A stretch of 53,307 bases of DNA from NCBI GenBank assembly GCA_031411295.1, contig JANOAV010000098.1:1-53307 (forward strand), read 5' to 3'. Numbering within the stretch: position 1 is the first letter of the stretch; each line of letters starts with the position of its first letter. The notes below the pieces were generated by a model. It was not told the origin of the DNA. It was given only the letters and a program-made list of their open reading frames with translations, and did not search any database. Origin of the DNA: Verrucomicrobiales bacterium (GTDB lineage Bacteria > Verrucomicrobiota > Verrucomicrobiia > Verrucomicrobiales > V1-33). The translations under genes were made by a program, and so were the position numbers. Below are positions 29,636 through 38,990 of the stretch, in pieces.

Positions 29636-30910
29636 ATGTCCCGAAAACCATACCCCGTCATTTTCACCCTGCTCATGAGTATGTCCACCCTGATAGCCGA
29701 CGACAAAGCGGATCTGGAAACTCTCCGCAGCCAAGCCGCAGGCGGCAACGCCAAAGCTCAAGCGGAACTGGCCGTGCGGTATCGCGACGGCAAGGGCGTG
29801 GCGAAAGATGACGCTGAAGCCCTGCAGTGGGCCCACCGGGCGGCGGATGCAGGCAATGCCGATGCGATGGATTTCGTGGGCTTTGCCTACTTGCGTGGCG
29901 CAGTCGTTAGGGGCAATCCAGCCATCGCTTTTGCATATTTCAAAGCGGCCGCAGCGGAATCTTCGCAGGCGGCATTTAACCTCGGCCAATGCTACTTCGG
30001 GGCTCAGGGCACGGAGCAGGATATCCCCAAAGCGCTGGAATATTGGAAGCAGGCCGCAGCCAAGAGCCACGGACGAGCCGCCTCCAGTGCGGCCATGGCT
30101 TATTTCTCTGGCGAAGGCGTGTCCCCGGATCTCGTGCAAGCACGAAAACTAGCAGAACGAGCCGCAGAACTGAACGATCCCTCGGGACTCGTCGTCTTGG
30201 GCGAAATGCAGTTTCAAGCCGGAGAACTGGACGCGGCCAAAGCCAACTGGAGCAAGGCCTCGAAACTTCGCCCCACCAATCCCACCGGACATCCGGCACA
30301 ACCGTCCGCAGAAGCCTCAGCCCAACAAGGCGCAGACCTGCTGAGGCTCATCGACTACCGCCAGCGCAAAGGCGAGCCGGGTAAATTTGCCTTCGTGCAA
30401 ATGCCGCACATCCATCAGGGCTACAACAACTGCGGCTCCACCGCCTGCGCCACCTTCGCCCGATTCCAAGGCAGCAAGATCGGCGGTTGGGATTACAAAC
30501 GCCTCTGTCCATCGCCCCTTGGCACTGGCACCGATTGGGGACATCTCCTGGATGCTTCCGGTAAGATCGGGCAAAAATGGAAGCTCGTCACCTTCACGCC
30601 GGACGATCCTGGATTCGATCAAGCCACCACCCTGCTGAAAAGTGAATTGGATGCGGGTCGCCCCGTCGTGGTTGATTTCAAATACATCGGCCCGCAATAC
30701 CCCAACGGCAGTGCCGGGCACACCCTCAATGTTTGTGGCTACATCGCAGCGGAGAACCTCTACATCCTCTGCAATCCCGCCGTCGCCAGCCCCGGCCTGC
30801 AACTCATCACCGCGGATGACCTCAAGAACTTCTGGCGCTCAGATCATTATGGTGCCATTTCCAAAGGCGTGCTGTCCCGGCCGGCTTTCGTGATCGATCT
30901 AACCAAATAG
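29636..30910 (+). CDS. Sel1-like repeat protein fused to a C39-like (papain-fold) cysteine peptidase domain
   Basis: AQAELAVRYRDGKGVAKD / FNLGQCYFGAQGTEQD Sel1 repeats; QGYNNCGSTAC, ELDAGRPVVV, GHTLNVCGY, CNPA. Confidence 0.85.
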   Translation: MSRKPYPVIFTLLMSMSTLIADDKADLETLRSQAAGGNAKAQAELAVRYRDGKGVAKDDAEALQWAHRAADAGNADAMDFVGFAYLRGAVVRGNPAIAFAYFKAAAAESSQAAFNLGQCYFGAQGTEQDIPKALEYWKQAAAKSHGRAASSAAMAYFSGEGVSPDLVQARKLAERAAELNDPSGLVVLGEMQFQAGELDAAKANWSKASKLRPTNPTGHPAQPSAEASAQQGADLLRLIDYRQRKGEPGKFAFVQMPHIHQGYNNCGSTACATFARFQGSKIGGWDYKRLCPSPLGTGTDWGHLLDASGKIGQKWKLVTFTPDDPGFDQATTLLKSELDAGRPVVVDFKYIGPQYPNGSAGHTLNVCGYIAAENLYILCNPAVASPGLQLITADDLKNFWRSDHYGAISKGVLSRPAFVIDLTK

Positions 30911-31110
30911 GGCACTCCCTTTCCCCCATGACTAATCCACCCATGTCCCTGGCAGCGTGGCTTGTGGACCCGGCGGAGCGGGATGGCCGACGCTGCTGCA
31001 TTTGCAAAGACAGAGCAGGGGCAGGAGCTTGTCATCTGGCTGCATAAAACCATCGACTTGAGGGTGTTGGACGACCATAATGTGGAAATTTCAATTATCC
31101 CTGAACACCC

Positions 31111-32697
31111 ATGATTATGACGAGAGCCCTCTGTTGCTTCCTTTTCGTTATTGCTTGCAGTCATTCGTTCGCTGCAGACAAGCCCAACGTCCTCATCATC
31201 CTAGCCGACGATCTTGGCTATGGCGATGTGCAGTGCTACAACCCGGAACGGGGGAAAATCCCCACGCCCGGAATTGATCGCCTGGCCGCGCAGGGGATGC
31301 GTTTCACGGATGCCCATACTTCCAGCGGGGTGTGTTCACCTACGCGTTACGCCTTACTGACTGGCCGGTATCATTGGCGTTCGCGTTTGCAGCAGGGCAT
31401 CGTGAGCTATCTGGAAGAGCCACTCATTGTGCCTGATCGGCTTACGCTGGCGGGCCTGCTCAAGCAGCAGGGGTATCGCACCGCCGCCATTGGGAAATGG
31501 CACCTGGGTTGGGACTTTCAGTTGACCGCCGCTGAGCGTAAATTGCTCAAGAGTCACGGAGGCAAGGCTGGTGGCGATGATGAAGCAAAGATTGCAGCCA
31601 ACGACGAAGCCCGTTCCGCATGGCAAACAATTTACTCCCGACAGTTCCGTGGCGGGCCGATAACCGTGGGATTCGATTCCTATTTGGGCACGGATGTCCC
31701 TAACTGGCCGCCGTATTGTTTCATCGAAAATGATCGCACGGTGGGCATCCCCAGCGAACTGCTTCCGGCAGCGGCCCTCAAGAAAAATCAAGCCAGCCTG
31801 CAAGGCCCAGCCTTGGCGGGCTGGAAGCTAGAGAACATTCTCCCAACGCTCACGGATCGCGCGTGCGAATTCATCACCGACGCAGCGAAGAAACCTGAAC
31901 CGTTCTTTCTCTACCTGCCTCTAACCGCTCCTCATACCCCCATCTCCGTGGCCGAGCCATGGCGCGGCAAGAGCAATCTGAATGAATACGCAGACTTTGT
32001 GATGCAGACCGATGCCACTGTAGCGCGGGTGCTCGAAGCATTGGAGAACAGCGGGGCCGCAGGGAAGACCATGGTCATCTTCACCAGCGACAACGGTTGT
32101 GCACCTTACATTGGCGCGAAAGAACTGGAGGAGAAAGGCCACTTCCCTAGTGGCCCATTGCGTGGCTACAAGGCGGACGCTTGGGAAGGCGGACACCGCG
32201 TGCCGTTCATCGTGCGCTGGCCCGGCATCATCAAACCCGCCACGCGCTGTGATGCGTTAGTGCAACAGACCGACCTCATGGCCACCCTGGCGGAAACCCC
32301 CAGCACCAAGCTCCCCGACACCGCAGGCGAGGACAGCGTGAGTCTCATGCCCTTGCTCAAAGGCAGCGACAAGCCCACGCGGGAATACGCCATCAGCCAC
32401 GCCTCCAGCGGCCTGCCAACCCTGCGCAAAGGATCCTGGAAAATCATCTTCGGCCAAAAAGGCGGCGGCTTCGGTGGCGCACCTGGCGTGGCCGAAACCG
32501 GGCAACTCTACGACCTCGCGACCGACCTCGGTGAAACAAAAAATCTCTGGGCCGAGAAACCTGAACTCGTCACAGAACTAACCGCCACGATGACACGACT
32601 CGTGAATGAAGGTCGCAGCACCCCCGGTGCGAAACAACAAAACGACGTGCCTGTGCGCTGGCAGCGCTTCCTAAGCCACCCTTCAACCGTTAAATAA
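31111..32697 (+). CDS. Arylsulfatase A-like (S1 formylglycine) sulfatase
   Basis: KPNVLIILADDLGYGD, CSPTRYALLTGR, GKWHLG, FTSDNG, EGGHRVPFIVRWPG. Confidence 0.95.
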   Translation: MIMTRALCCFLFVIACSHSFAADKPNVLIILADDLGYGDVQCYNPERGKIPTPGIDRLAAQGMRFTDAHTSSGVCSPTRYALLTGRYHWRSRLQQGIVSYLEEPLIVPDRLTLAGLLKQQGYRTAAIGKWHLGWDFQLTAAERKLLKSHGGKAGGDDEAKIAANDEARSAWQTIYSRQFRGGPITVGFDSYLGTDVPNWPPYCFIENDRTVGIPSELLPAAALKKNQASLQGPALAGWKLENILPTLTDRACEFITDAAKKPEPFFLYLPLTAPHTPISVAEPWRGKSNLNEYADFVMQTDATVARVLEALENSGAAGKTMVIFTSDNGCAPYIGAKELEEKGHFPSGPLRGYKADAWEGGHRVPFIVRWPGIIKPATRCDALVQQTDLMATLAETPSTKLPDTAGEDSVSLMPLLKGSDKPTREYAISHASSGLPTLRKGSWKIIFGQKGGGFGGAPGVAETGQLYDLATDLGETKNLWAEKPELVTELTATMTRLVNEGRSTPGAKQQNDVPVRWQRFLSHPSTVK

Positions 32698-32715
32698 ATC
32701 GCACTGCTCCATTCC

Positions 32716-34095
32716 ATGAAAGTCCCTCCACTTCTCCTCACCTTTTTCGTCTGCTGTGGTTTCGCCACTGCCGCCGACAAACCAAACATCCTCATCATCG
32801 TCAGCGATGACCAAGGGTATGCCGATGCTGGCTTCCAAGGCAGCAAGGAGGCCGTGACTCCGCACTTGGATGCGCTAGCGAAGACCGGCGTGCGCTGCAC
32901 CAGCGGCTACGTGACGTTTCCCGTGTGCTCGCCCTCGCGGGCGGGGCTGTTGACCGGCCGCTATCAGGCGCGATTCGGGCATGAGAATAATCCCGTCTAT
33001 GATCCGCTGGATGAGAAGGAAGGATTGCCACTGACGGAGAAGTTGCTGCCGCAATATTTCCAGGAAGCGGGGTATCGCACGGGATGGGTTGGTAAATGGC
33101 ATCTGGGCGCGGCTCCCTCGTTTGCTCCGTGGAAACGTGGGTTCGATGAATCGTATGGTTTCATTGGCGGCGGGCATCGATTCATCGGATGGCAGCCTAA
33201 CGAGCGCCAATACACGCTGCCATTGATTCACAGGGGAGAAAATTTCACGGACGTGCCCTCGCATCTCACCACTGCGTTAGGCGACGAAGCTGCTGGATTC
33301 ATTCGGCGCAATATGGAGAAGCCATGGATGCTCTACCTGCCATTTAACGCTCCTCACACACCGCATGAACCCACCGCTGAGCGCCTGGCAAAATTTACCC
33401 ACATTGAGGATGTGCCACGTCGCAAATACCTCGCGCAGATCAGTCTGCTGGACGACGCCATTGGCACCGTGACAGCCGCCCTTCGAGAAACCAGTCAGAA
33501 CGAACGCACGCTGATTTTCTTCTTCAGTGACAACGGTGGCCCTGCTGGTGGCCCTGATAACACTCCGCTGCGGGGCAACAAGGGAACGCTTTACGAAGGT
33601 GGCGTGCGGGTGCCATTTCTCATCAGTTGGCCCGCCAAGCTGCCTGCGGGCGTGGATTATGCTGAACCCGTTTCCTCCGTGGACATTCTCGCCACGACCC
33701 TCGCGGCCGCAGGTCTGCCCATGCCGACGGATAAGAAATACGACAGCGTAAACCTGCTCCCGCACCTGACCAAGGAAGTCAAAACCCCGCCGCACCAGAA
33801 TCTCCTCTGGCATACTAACAAGCCATCGCTGGCCATCCGTGAAGGGAAATGGAAACTCATCCAAATCGGCCAATCCGCACCAGAACTCTACGATCTCGAG
33901 GCGGACATCAGTGAGTCCAAGGATCTGGCCACCGAGAACTCAGAAGTCACCAAACGCCTAACCGCAACGCTGGAAAACTGGTCCAAGGAACTCGTTGCCC
34001 CAGTCTTTCCCGGCAGTTCGGTCAAAAACGAGGACTGGGGTCCCGGCGGTGCCAATCAGAAAAACCGCCCGCAACCGAAGGCGACCAATCCCTAA
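32716..34095 (+). CDS. S1 family sulfatase (arylsulfatase / GalNAc-sulfatase-like)
   Basis: KPNILIIVSDDQGY, CSPSRAGLLTGR, GKWHLG, FSDNGG, YEGGVRVP. Confidence 0.95.
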   Translation: MKVPPLLLTFFVCCGFATAADKPNILIIVSDDQGYADAGFQGSKEAVTPHLDALAKTGVRCTSGYVTFPVCSPSRAGLLTGRYQARFGHENNPVYDPLDEKEGLPLTEKLLPQYFQEAGYRTGWVGKWHLGAAPSFAPWKRGFDESYGFIGGGHRFIGWQPNERQYTLPLIHRGENFTDVPSHLTTALGDEAAGFIRRNMEKPWMLYLPFNAPHTPHEPTAERLAKFTHIEDVPRRKYLAQISLLDDAIGTVTAALRETSQNERTLIFFFSDNGGPAGGPDNTPLRGNKGTLYEGGVRVPFLISWPAKLPAGVDYAEPVSSVDILATTLAAAGLPMPTDKKYDSVNLLPHLTKEVKTPPHQNLLWHTNKPSLAIREGKWKLIQIGQSAPELYDLEADISESKDLATENSEVTKRLTATLENWSKELVAPVFPGSSVKNEDWGPGGANQKNRPQPKATNP

Positions 34096-34127
34096 CGTAG
34101 CACGTGCCCAGCGGTGAATTCCAATCA

Positions 34128-34169
34128 TTTTTCCTAAGCCAACCCGCAAACCGGGTTGGTGTGGAAAAA
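34128..34169. terminator. Hairpin between the sulfatase and SASA genes (possible terminator or RNA-stabilising element)
   Basis: CCAACCCG-caaac-CGGGTTGG stem extended by TTTTCC...GGAAAA. Confidence 0.4.
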
Positions 34170-34237
34170 GAATTCCCTTCACGCAAGGCCCTTCTATATG
34201 AAACTCTAGGTTTTCAAATTCACCTCAAACAATTACC

Positions 34238-35449
34238 ATGAAATTTATCCTGACATTTCTAGTCATCCTCTCCACGTCGGTCATGGCTGCGGAGAAGAAA
34301 CCGCTGCAAGTTTACATCCTAGCCGGCCAGTCTAACATGCAAGGTCATGCGAAGGTGACTACGTTCGAGCACATCGGCATGGACCCGGCCACGAAGCCGA
34401 TGCTGGCGGCCATGCAGAATGCGGACGGCACGCCCAAGGTCTGCGAACGCGTGTGGATTTCCGCGTTAGGCTGTGGCGAGGAGAATCAGGAGCAAACCGG
34501 CAAACTGACGGCAGGTTTTGGCGCCAGCGCGGGCGGGCCCAAGATCGGGCCGGAGTTTACCTTCGGCATTTATATGGAAAAGGCTACGGATGCTCCCATT
34601 CTGCTCATCAAGACCGCTTGGGGCGGCAAGAGTTTGCATACTGATTTCCGTCCGCCCAGTGCCGGGCCGTATGTTTTCAACGAGACGCAGTTGGCGGGCT
34701 TTCAGAAGCAAGGAAAAGACTTGGCGGCCATGAAGGCGGAAAAGGAAAAAGCGACCGGTGTTTACTACCGCCTCATGATTGAACATGTGAAGAAAGTGTT
34801 GGGCGATCTCAAACGCGTGGTGCCCACCTACGATGCCGCGCAAGGATACGAACTGGCAGGCTTTGCGTGGTTCCAAGGCTGGAATGACTTGGTGGATGGC
34901 GGGACTTATGCAAACCGCGACAAACCGGGTGGCTACGATGCCTACAGCGATGGCATGACGCATTTCATTCGCGATGTGCGCAAGGATTTACAGGCCCCGA
35001 AATTACCTTTTGTCATTGGGGTGTTGGGCGTCGGCGGCCCTACCGCACTTTATGGTCCGGATCAGCAGCGCTACAAGGTCACGCACCAGGTTTTCCGTGA
35101 TGCCATGGCCGCTCCCGCCAACCTGCCCGAGTTCAAAGGCAACGTGGCTGCCGTGCTGGCAGAAAAATATTGGGACCAAGAACTGACCGCTGCCAAGGCG
35201 AAAGAAAACGAACTCAAGCAGAAGGCGAAGAAACTGGCCACGGATGGGAAACTAAAGCCCGCTGAGGAAAAAGCCGCGATGGAAAAAATGCGCAACGAAG
35301 GCCTCACAGAACGCGAGCGGCAGATCTTGGAGAAAGGAATTTCCAACCAAGAGTATCACTATCTGGGGTCGGCAAAGATCCTCGGCGGCGTCGGAAAAGG
35401 CTTGGCTGAGGCCATGGTGGAACTGAAGCAACTTAAAGCAACCAAGTGA
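34238..35449 (+). CDS. SASA-family acetylesterase
   Basis: Signal peptide; AGQSNMQG, IGPEFTFG, KTAWGGKSLHTDFRPPS, WFQGWND, SNQEYHYLG. Confidence 0.88.
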   Translation: MKFILTFLVILSTSVMAAEKKPLQVYILAGQSNMQGHAKVTTFEHIGMDPATKPMLAAMQNADGTPKVCERVWISALGCGEENQEQTGKLTAGFGASAGGPKIGPEFTFGIYMEKATDAPILLIKTAWGGKSLHTDFRPPSAGPYVFNETQLAGFQKQGKDLAAMKAEKEKATGVYYRLMIEHVKKVLGDLKRVVPTYDAAQGYELAGFAWFQGWNDLVDGGTYANRDKPGGYDAYSDGMTHFIRDVRKDLQAPKLPFVIGVLGVGGPTALYGPDQQRYKVTHQVFRDAMAAPANLPEFKGNVAAVLAEKYWDQELTAAKAKENELKQKAKKLATDGKLKPAEEKAAMEKMRNEGLTERERQILEKGISNQEYHYLGSAKILGGVGKGLAEAMVELKQLKATK

Positions 35450-35469
35450 CCCGAGAGGGGCGGAATTAT

Positions 35470-35600
35470 GGTAAAAGATTCGTGGTAAAAAATGCCAAGC
35501 ACCCAAAGCACTCGCTCATCATCTTTTACCAAAAATCTTTTACCAGAAAAACCGACATGCAGAGCGACATGCAGAGGTTATTCCTCATCGCCTTAACTCG
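35470..35600. repeat. Palindromic repeat / left copy of the direct repeat flanking the GxxExxY gene
   Basis: Arms GGTAAAAGATTCGTGGTAAAAAATG (35470-35494) and CATCTTTTACCAAAAATCTTTTACC (35520-35544) are near reverse complements; 35484 onward aligns with 36457 onward. Confidence 0.8.
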
Positions 35601-35652
35601 GAGCCTAGCAATTTTCATTTCCTCTAAACCGTTTCACCCAGATTCGTCCATC

Positions 35653-36441
35653 ATGCCGATTCTCCGTTCGACCGTTACTCAGCGCATTAGTCAGGAAGAG
35701 TTCAAGAGTCTTGCCAACCACGTGATGAACCACGTGTTTGCCGTTCGCAATGAGTTCGGTGGTTTTTTCGAAGAGATGATCTACAAGAAAGAATTGGCTC
35801 AGCGCATCGACGGCGTGACACTGGAAGTCCCCACCACGCTGACGCATGGTAGTTTCTCCAAAACCTACTTCTCTGATATGCTAGTGAACAGCAGCGGATT
35901 GTTTGAGTTTAAATTGGCTGACGCGCTTCATCCTCGTCATCGGGGACAGACCTTGAACTATTTGCTGCTGCATGAATTGGCGCACGGCAAGGTCATCAAC
36001 CTTCGGCCAGACAGTGTGGAGCACGAGTTCGTCAATTGCCCAGAACTCCTTTCTGATCTGAAAGAGCCCAACATCATCGCAAACCGTTGGAACCGCCAAG
36101 TTCCAGGGGCGGACACCTTCCGCGACCTAATCATGTCGCTCATTGCCGATTGGGGAGCTGGTTTGGATACTGCGCTTTATGAAGACGCCATCACGCACTT
36201 GCTGGGGGGAGAGCTTGCGGTGGTTCAAGCGGTCCCTGTCATTGGTAAGTATGGGGAGGTGGGCCAGCAACGAATGCGCCTCATCGCCCCTGATGTCGCC
36301 TTCAAGATTACTGGTTTATTAGACCGCCTCGGGGATTTTGAAGGACACGCCAGAAAGGTCATCCAACACACCACACTTCAAGCCGTTCACTGGGTAAACA
36401 TCACCCAAAAGACGCTCACCTTCACCACCCTAGCTGGCTAA
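35653..36441 (+). CDS. GxxExxY protein (PD-(D/E)XK_3 nuclease fold), two tandem domains
   Basis: GGFFEEMIYKKELA, SDMLV...FEFK, HRGQTLNYL, GKVINL; second degenerate copy GAGLDTALYE...HWVNI. In-frame upstream ATGs at 35557/35569. Confidence 0.85.
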   Translation: MPILRSTVTQRISQEEFKSLANHVMNHVFAVRNEFGGFFEEMIYKKELAQRIDGVTLEVPTTLTHGSFSKTYFSDMLVNSSGLFEFKLADALHPRHRGQTLNYLLLHELAHGKVINLRPDSVEHEFVNCPELLSDLKEPNIIANRWNRQVPGADTFRDLIMSLIADWGAGLDTALYEDAITHLLGGELAVVQAVPVIGKYGEVGQQRMRLIAPDVAFKITGLLDRLGDFEGHARKVIQHTTLQAVHWVNITQKTLTFTTLAG

Positions 36442-36456
36442 TTTTTTGACAACACC

Positions 36457-36560
36457 GGTGAAAAATGCCAACCAGCCAAAATAATCACTCTTCATCTTTT
36501 ACCAAAAATCTTTTACCAAAAACATCCAACATGCAGAAACTCACTCTCATCACCCTGGCC
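36457..36560. repeat. Right copy of the direct repeat flanking the GxxExxY gene
   Basis: 27-bp exact match TCATCTTTTACCAAAAATCTTTTACCA (36492-36518 = 35519-35545) inside ~100 bp of alignable sequence. Confidence 0.8.
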
Positions 36561-38942
36561 CTCGCTGCCATTGTAACCCAGCTCCCAGCCAAGGACCCAA
36601 CCCCGCCACCGCCAGATTTTACCAAGGGCGAAGCTATTCCCGCCAAAGCCAAGCACGATTGGAATTTAGGCGCCACGGGTGCTCGGGGCTGGATCTATTG
36701 TGACAAACTGGTGACCACCGATGCCCGCCAGATTTCCATCACCAAAGTGGAACCGGGCTCACCTGCGGATGGAACCTTGGCGGTCGGTGACGTGCTGCTA
36801 GGAGTCAGTGGAAAACCATTTTCCTCCGACCCTCGCACCGAACTGGGTCAGGCGCTGACCGCCGCCGAATCTGAGTCGGGCGCAGGGAAATTAACCGTGA
36901 CCCGATGGAGCGCTGGTCAGACGGAGCAGGTCGCCATCAAACTCCCCGTGCTCGGCAAATACAGTGCCACCGCACCTTATGATTGCCCCAAATCCAAGCG
37001 GATCCTGGAGCAAGGATGCAGCACCCTTGCGGCCAGAATGATCAAGCAAGGATATGCGAAAGGCTTGGATCCCATTCCGCGATCCCTGAATGCGTTGGCG
37101 TTGCTGGCCAGTGGAAATCCGGTTTACCTGCCGCTGGTGAAATCGGAAGCAGAGTGGGCTTCCGAATTCAAAGCCGATTCCATGCAGACTTGGTATTACG
37201 GTTACGTCATGATGCTGCTTTCCGAGTATGTCATGGCCACCAACGATCAGTCCGTCATGCCAGGGTTGAAGCGACTCGCCCTGGAAGCAGCCAACGGTCA
37301 AAGTGCGGTTGGATCCTGGGGCCATAAGTTTGCGCTCCCCAGCGGGAGACTGAGCGGCTACGGGATGATGAACTCTCCCGGCATACCTCTTACTATTTCT
37401 CTAGTAATGGCTCGTGCGGCCGGAGTGAAAGACCCCGCGATGGATTTGGCCATCGAACGCAGTGCGAGGCTGTTGCGTTTCTACATCGGCAAAGGAGCGA
37501 TTCCTTATGGCGACCACCATCCGTGGATTCAGAATCACGATGACAACGGCAAGTGCGGCATGGCTGCCGTGTTGTTTCATCTGTTGGATGAGACCAATGG
37601 TGCGGAGTTCTTTTCCCGCATGAGTGTGGCCTGCCACGGACCAGAACGCGACACCGGGCACACGGGAAATTTCTTCAACATTCTCTGGGCCATGCCGGGC
37701 GTAGCTCAATCGGGTCCGCAGGCCACCGGAGCTTGGATGCAAGAGTTCGGTGCGTGGTATTTCGATCTGGCCCGGCAAGCGGACGGAAGCTTTGTTCACC
37801 AAGGACCGCCGGAACCAGAAAATGATAGCTATAGGGGCTGGGACTGCACGGGTGCTTATCTGTTGGCCTATGCCATGCCGCTGAAGAAAATTTACCTAAC
37901 TGGAAAGCGACCAGGCAAAACCCCGCAACTAAATGCCGCTGCCGCCCAGGCTCTGATCGCGGACGGACGCGGATGGAATAACAAAGATCGCAGCAACTCC
38001 TACGAACAACTCGACGAGCCCCAGCTCATCGAGCGACTCAGCAGTTGGTCGCCCATCGTGCGCCAGCGGACTGCGATTGCCCTGGGCCGCCGCAAGGAGG
38101 TGACAATCCCAGCCCTGATCAAGTTACTCGATTCCCCCAAACTCGAGTCCAACTACGGAGCCTGCCAAGCGCTGGCCGCTGTGAGAGGCCGCGGTGCTCC
38201 GGCGGTTGAATCCCTGCGGAAAGCCTTGAAATCAAAGGATCTCTGGCTGCGCACCAAAGCCGCCGAAGCGTTGGCAAGCATCGGCAAGCCAGCCATAGCC
38301 GCTGTGCCGGAACTCTTGGAACTGCTGGCGCAGGTCGATCCTAAAGGCGATCCGCGGGGGATGCAGCAGCGGTATCTTTCCTTCGCCCTCTTCGATACCA
38401 ATGGCGAGCATGGTGACGGCATGCTGAGTCGCTCGCTCGAAGGAGTGGATCCCGAGGCGCTTTACAAAGCAGTTAGAGCCGGCCTCCAAAATCAAGATGG
38501 CCGCGCGCGCGGCAGCATCGGGTCTGTCTATCGGAATCTCTCCGCAGAGAAAATCAAACCCCTGCTGCCCGCCATTTATCAAGCCATCATGGACCCTGCC
38601 CCCAGCGGGGAAATGTTTGCCGACACCATCCGGGTGGAAGGACTGGAACTACTCGCAAAAAACCGCGTCACAGAAGGCATCAACGCCTGCGTAAAATACA
38701 CCAGAGATCAGAACCCATGGGCCAGCCAGGAACGAACCCCAAAACTAATGAAAATTCTTCTGAGCTACGGAGCCCACGCCAAGGCCATCATTCCAGAACT
38801 AGCTAAAATCGGTGATTACTTCGACAAGGACGAAAAGGACTTTCCCCGCCAACTCATGACCATGAAAGCCAAGTGTGTGCGGGAAACGATTGCTGCCATC
38901 GAGGCCTCAACGGAAGCCCCGGCCCTCATCCCGTTGAAATAG
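36531..38942 (+). CDS. DUF6288-type secreted protein: PDZ-like segment, alpha/alpha-barrel-like core, C-terminal HEAT repeats
   Basis: WNLGATGARGW, VEPGSPADGTLAVGDVLLG (PDZ), IPYGDHHP, GHTGNFF, DLARQADGSF; HEAT-like 'LRTKAAEALASIG' repeats; signal peptide at ATG 36531. Confidence 0.75.
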   Translation: MQKLTLITLALAAIVTQLPAKDPTPPPPDFTKGEAIPAKAKHDWNLGATGARGWIYCDKLVTTDARQISITKVEPGSPADGTLAVGDVLLGVSGKPFSSDPRTELGQALTAAESESGAGKLTVTRWSAGQTEQVAIKLPVLGKYSATAPYDCPKSKRILEQGCSTLAARMIKQGYAKGLDPIPRSLNALALLASGNPVYLPLVKSEAEWASEFKADSMQTWYYGYVMMLLSEYVMATNDQSVMPGLKRLALEAANGQSAVGSWGHKFALPSGRLSGYGMMNSPGIPLTISLVMARAAGVKDPAMDLAIERSARLLRFYIGKGAIPYGDHHPWIQNHDDNGKCGMAAVLFHLLDETNGAEFFSRMSVACHGPERDTGHTGNFFNILWAMPGVAQSGPQATGAWMQEFGAWYFDLARQADGSFVHQGPPEPENDSYRGWDCTGAYLLAYAMPLKKIYLTGKRPGKTPQLNAAAAQALIADGRGWNNKDRSNSYEQLDEPQLIERLSSWSPIVRQRTAIALGRRKEVTIPALIKLLDSPKLESNYGACQALAAVRGRGAPAVESLRKALKSKDLWLRTKAAEALASIGKPAIAAVPELLELLAQVDPKGDPRGMQQRYLSFALFDTNGEHGDGMLSRSLEGVDPEALYKAVRAGLQNQDGRARGSIGSVYRNLSAEKIKPLLPAIYQAIMDPAPSGEMFADTIRVEGLELLAKNRVTEGINACVKYTRDQNPWASQERTPKLMKILLSYGAHAKAIIPELAKIGDYFDKDEKDFPRQLMTMKAKCVRETIAAIEASTEAPALIPLK

Positions 38943-38990
38943 GGAGTTTCGACCAAGCATCCTTGGAGTAACGACGTCTCAACAAACTAC

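Noticed and set aside
30930..31113. Short frame (MADAAAFAKTEQGQELVIWLH...) before the sulfatase
   Set aside because: Might be a gene remnant, but there is no recognisable motif to support it.
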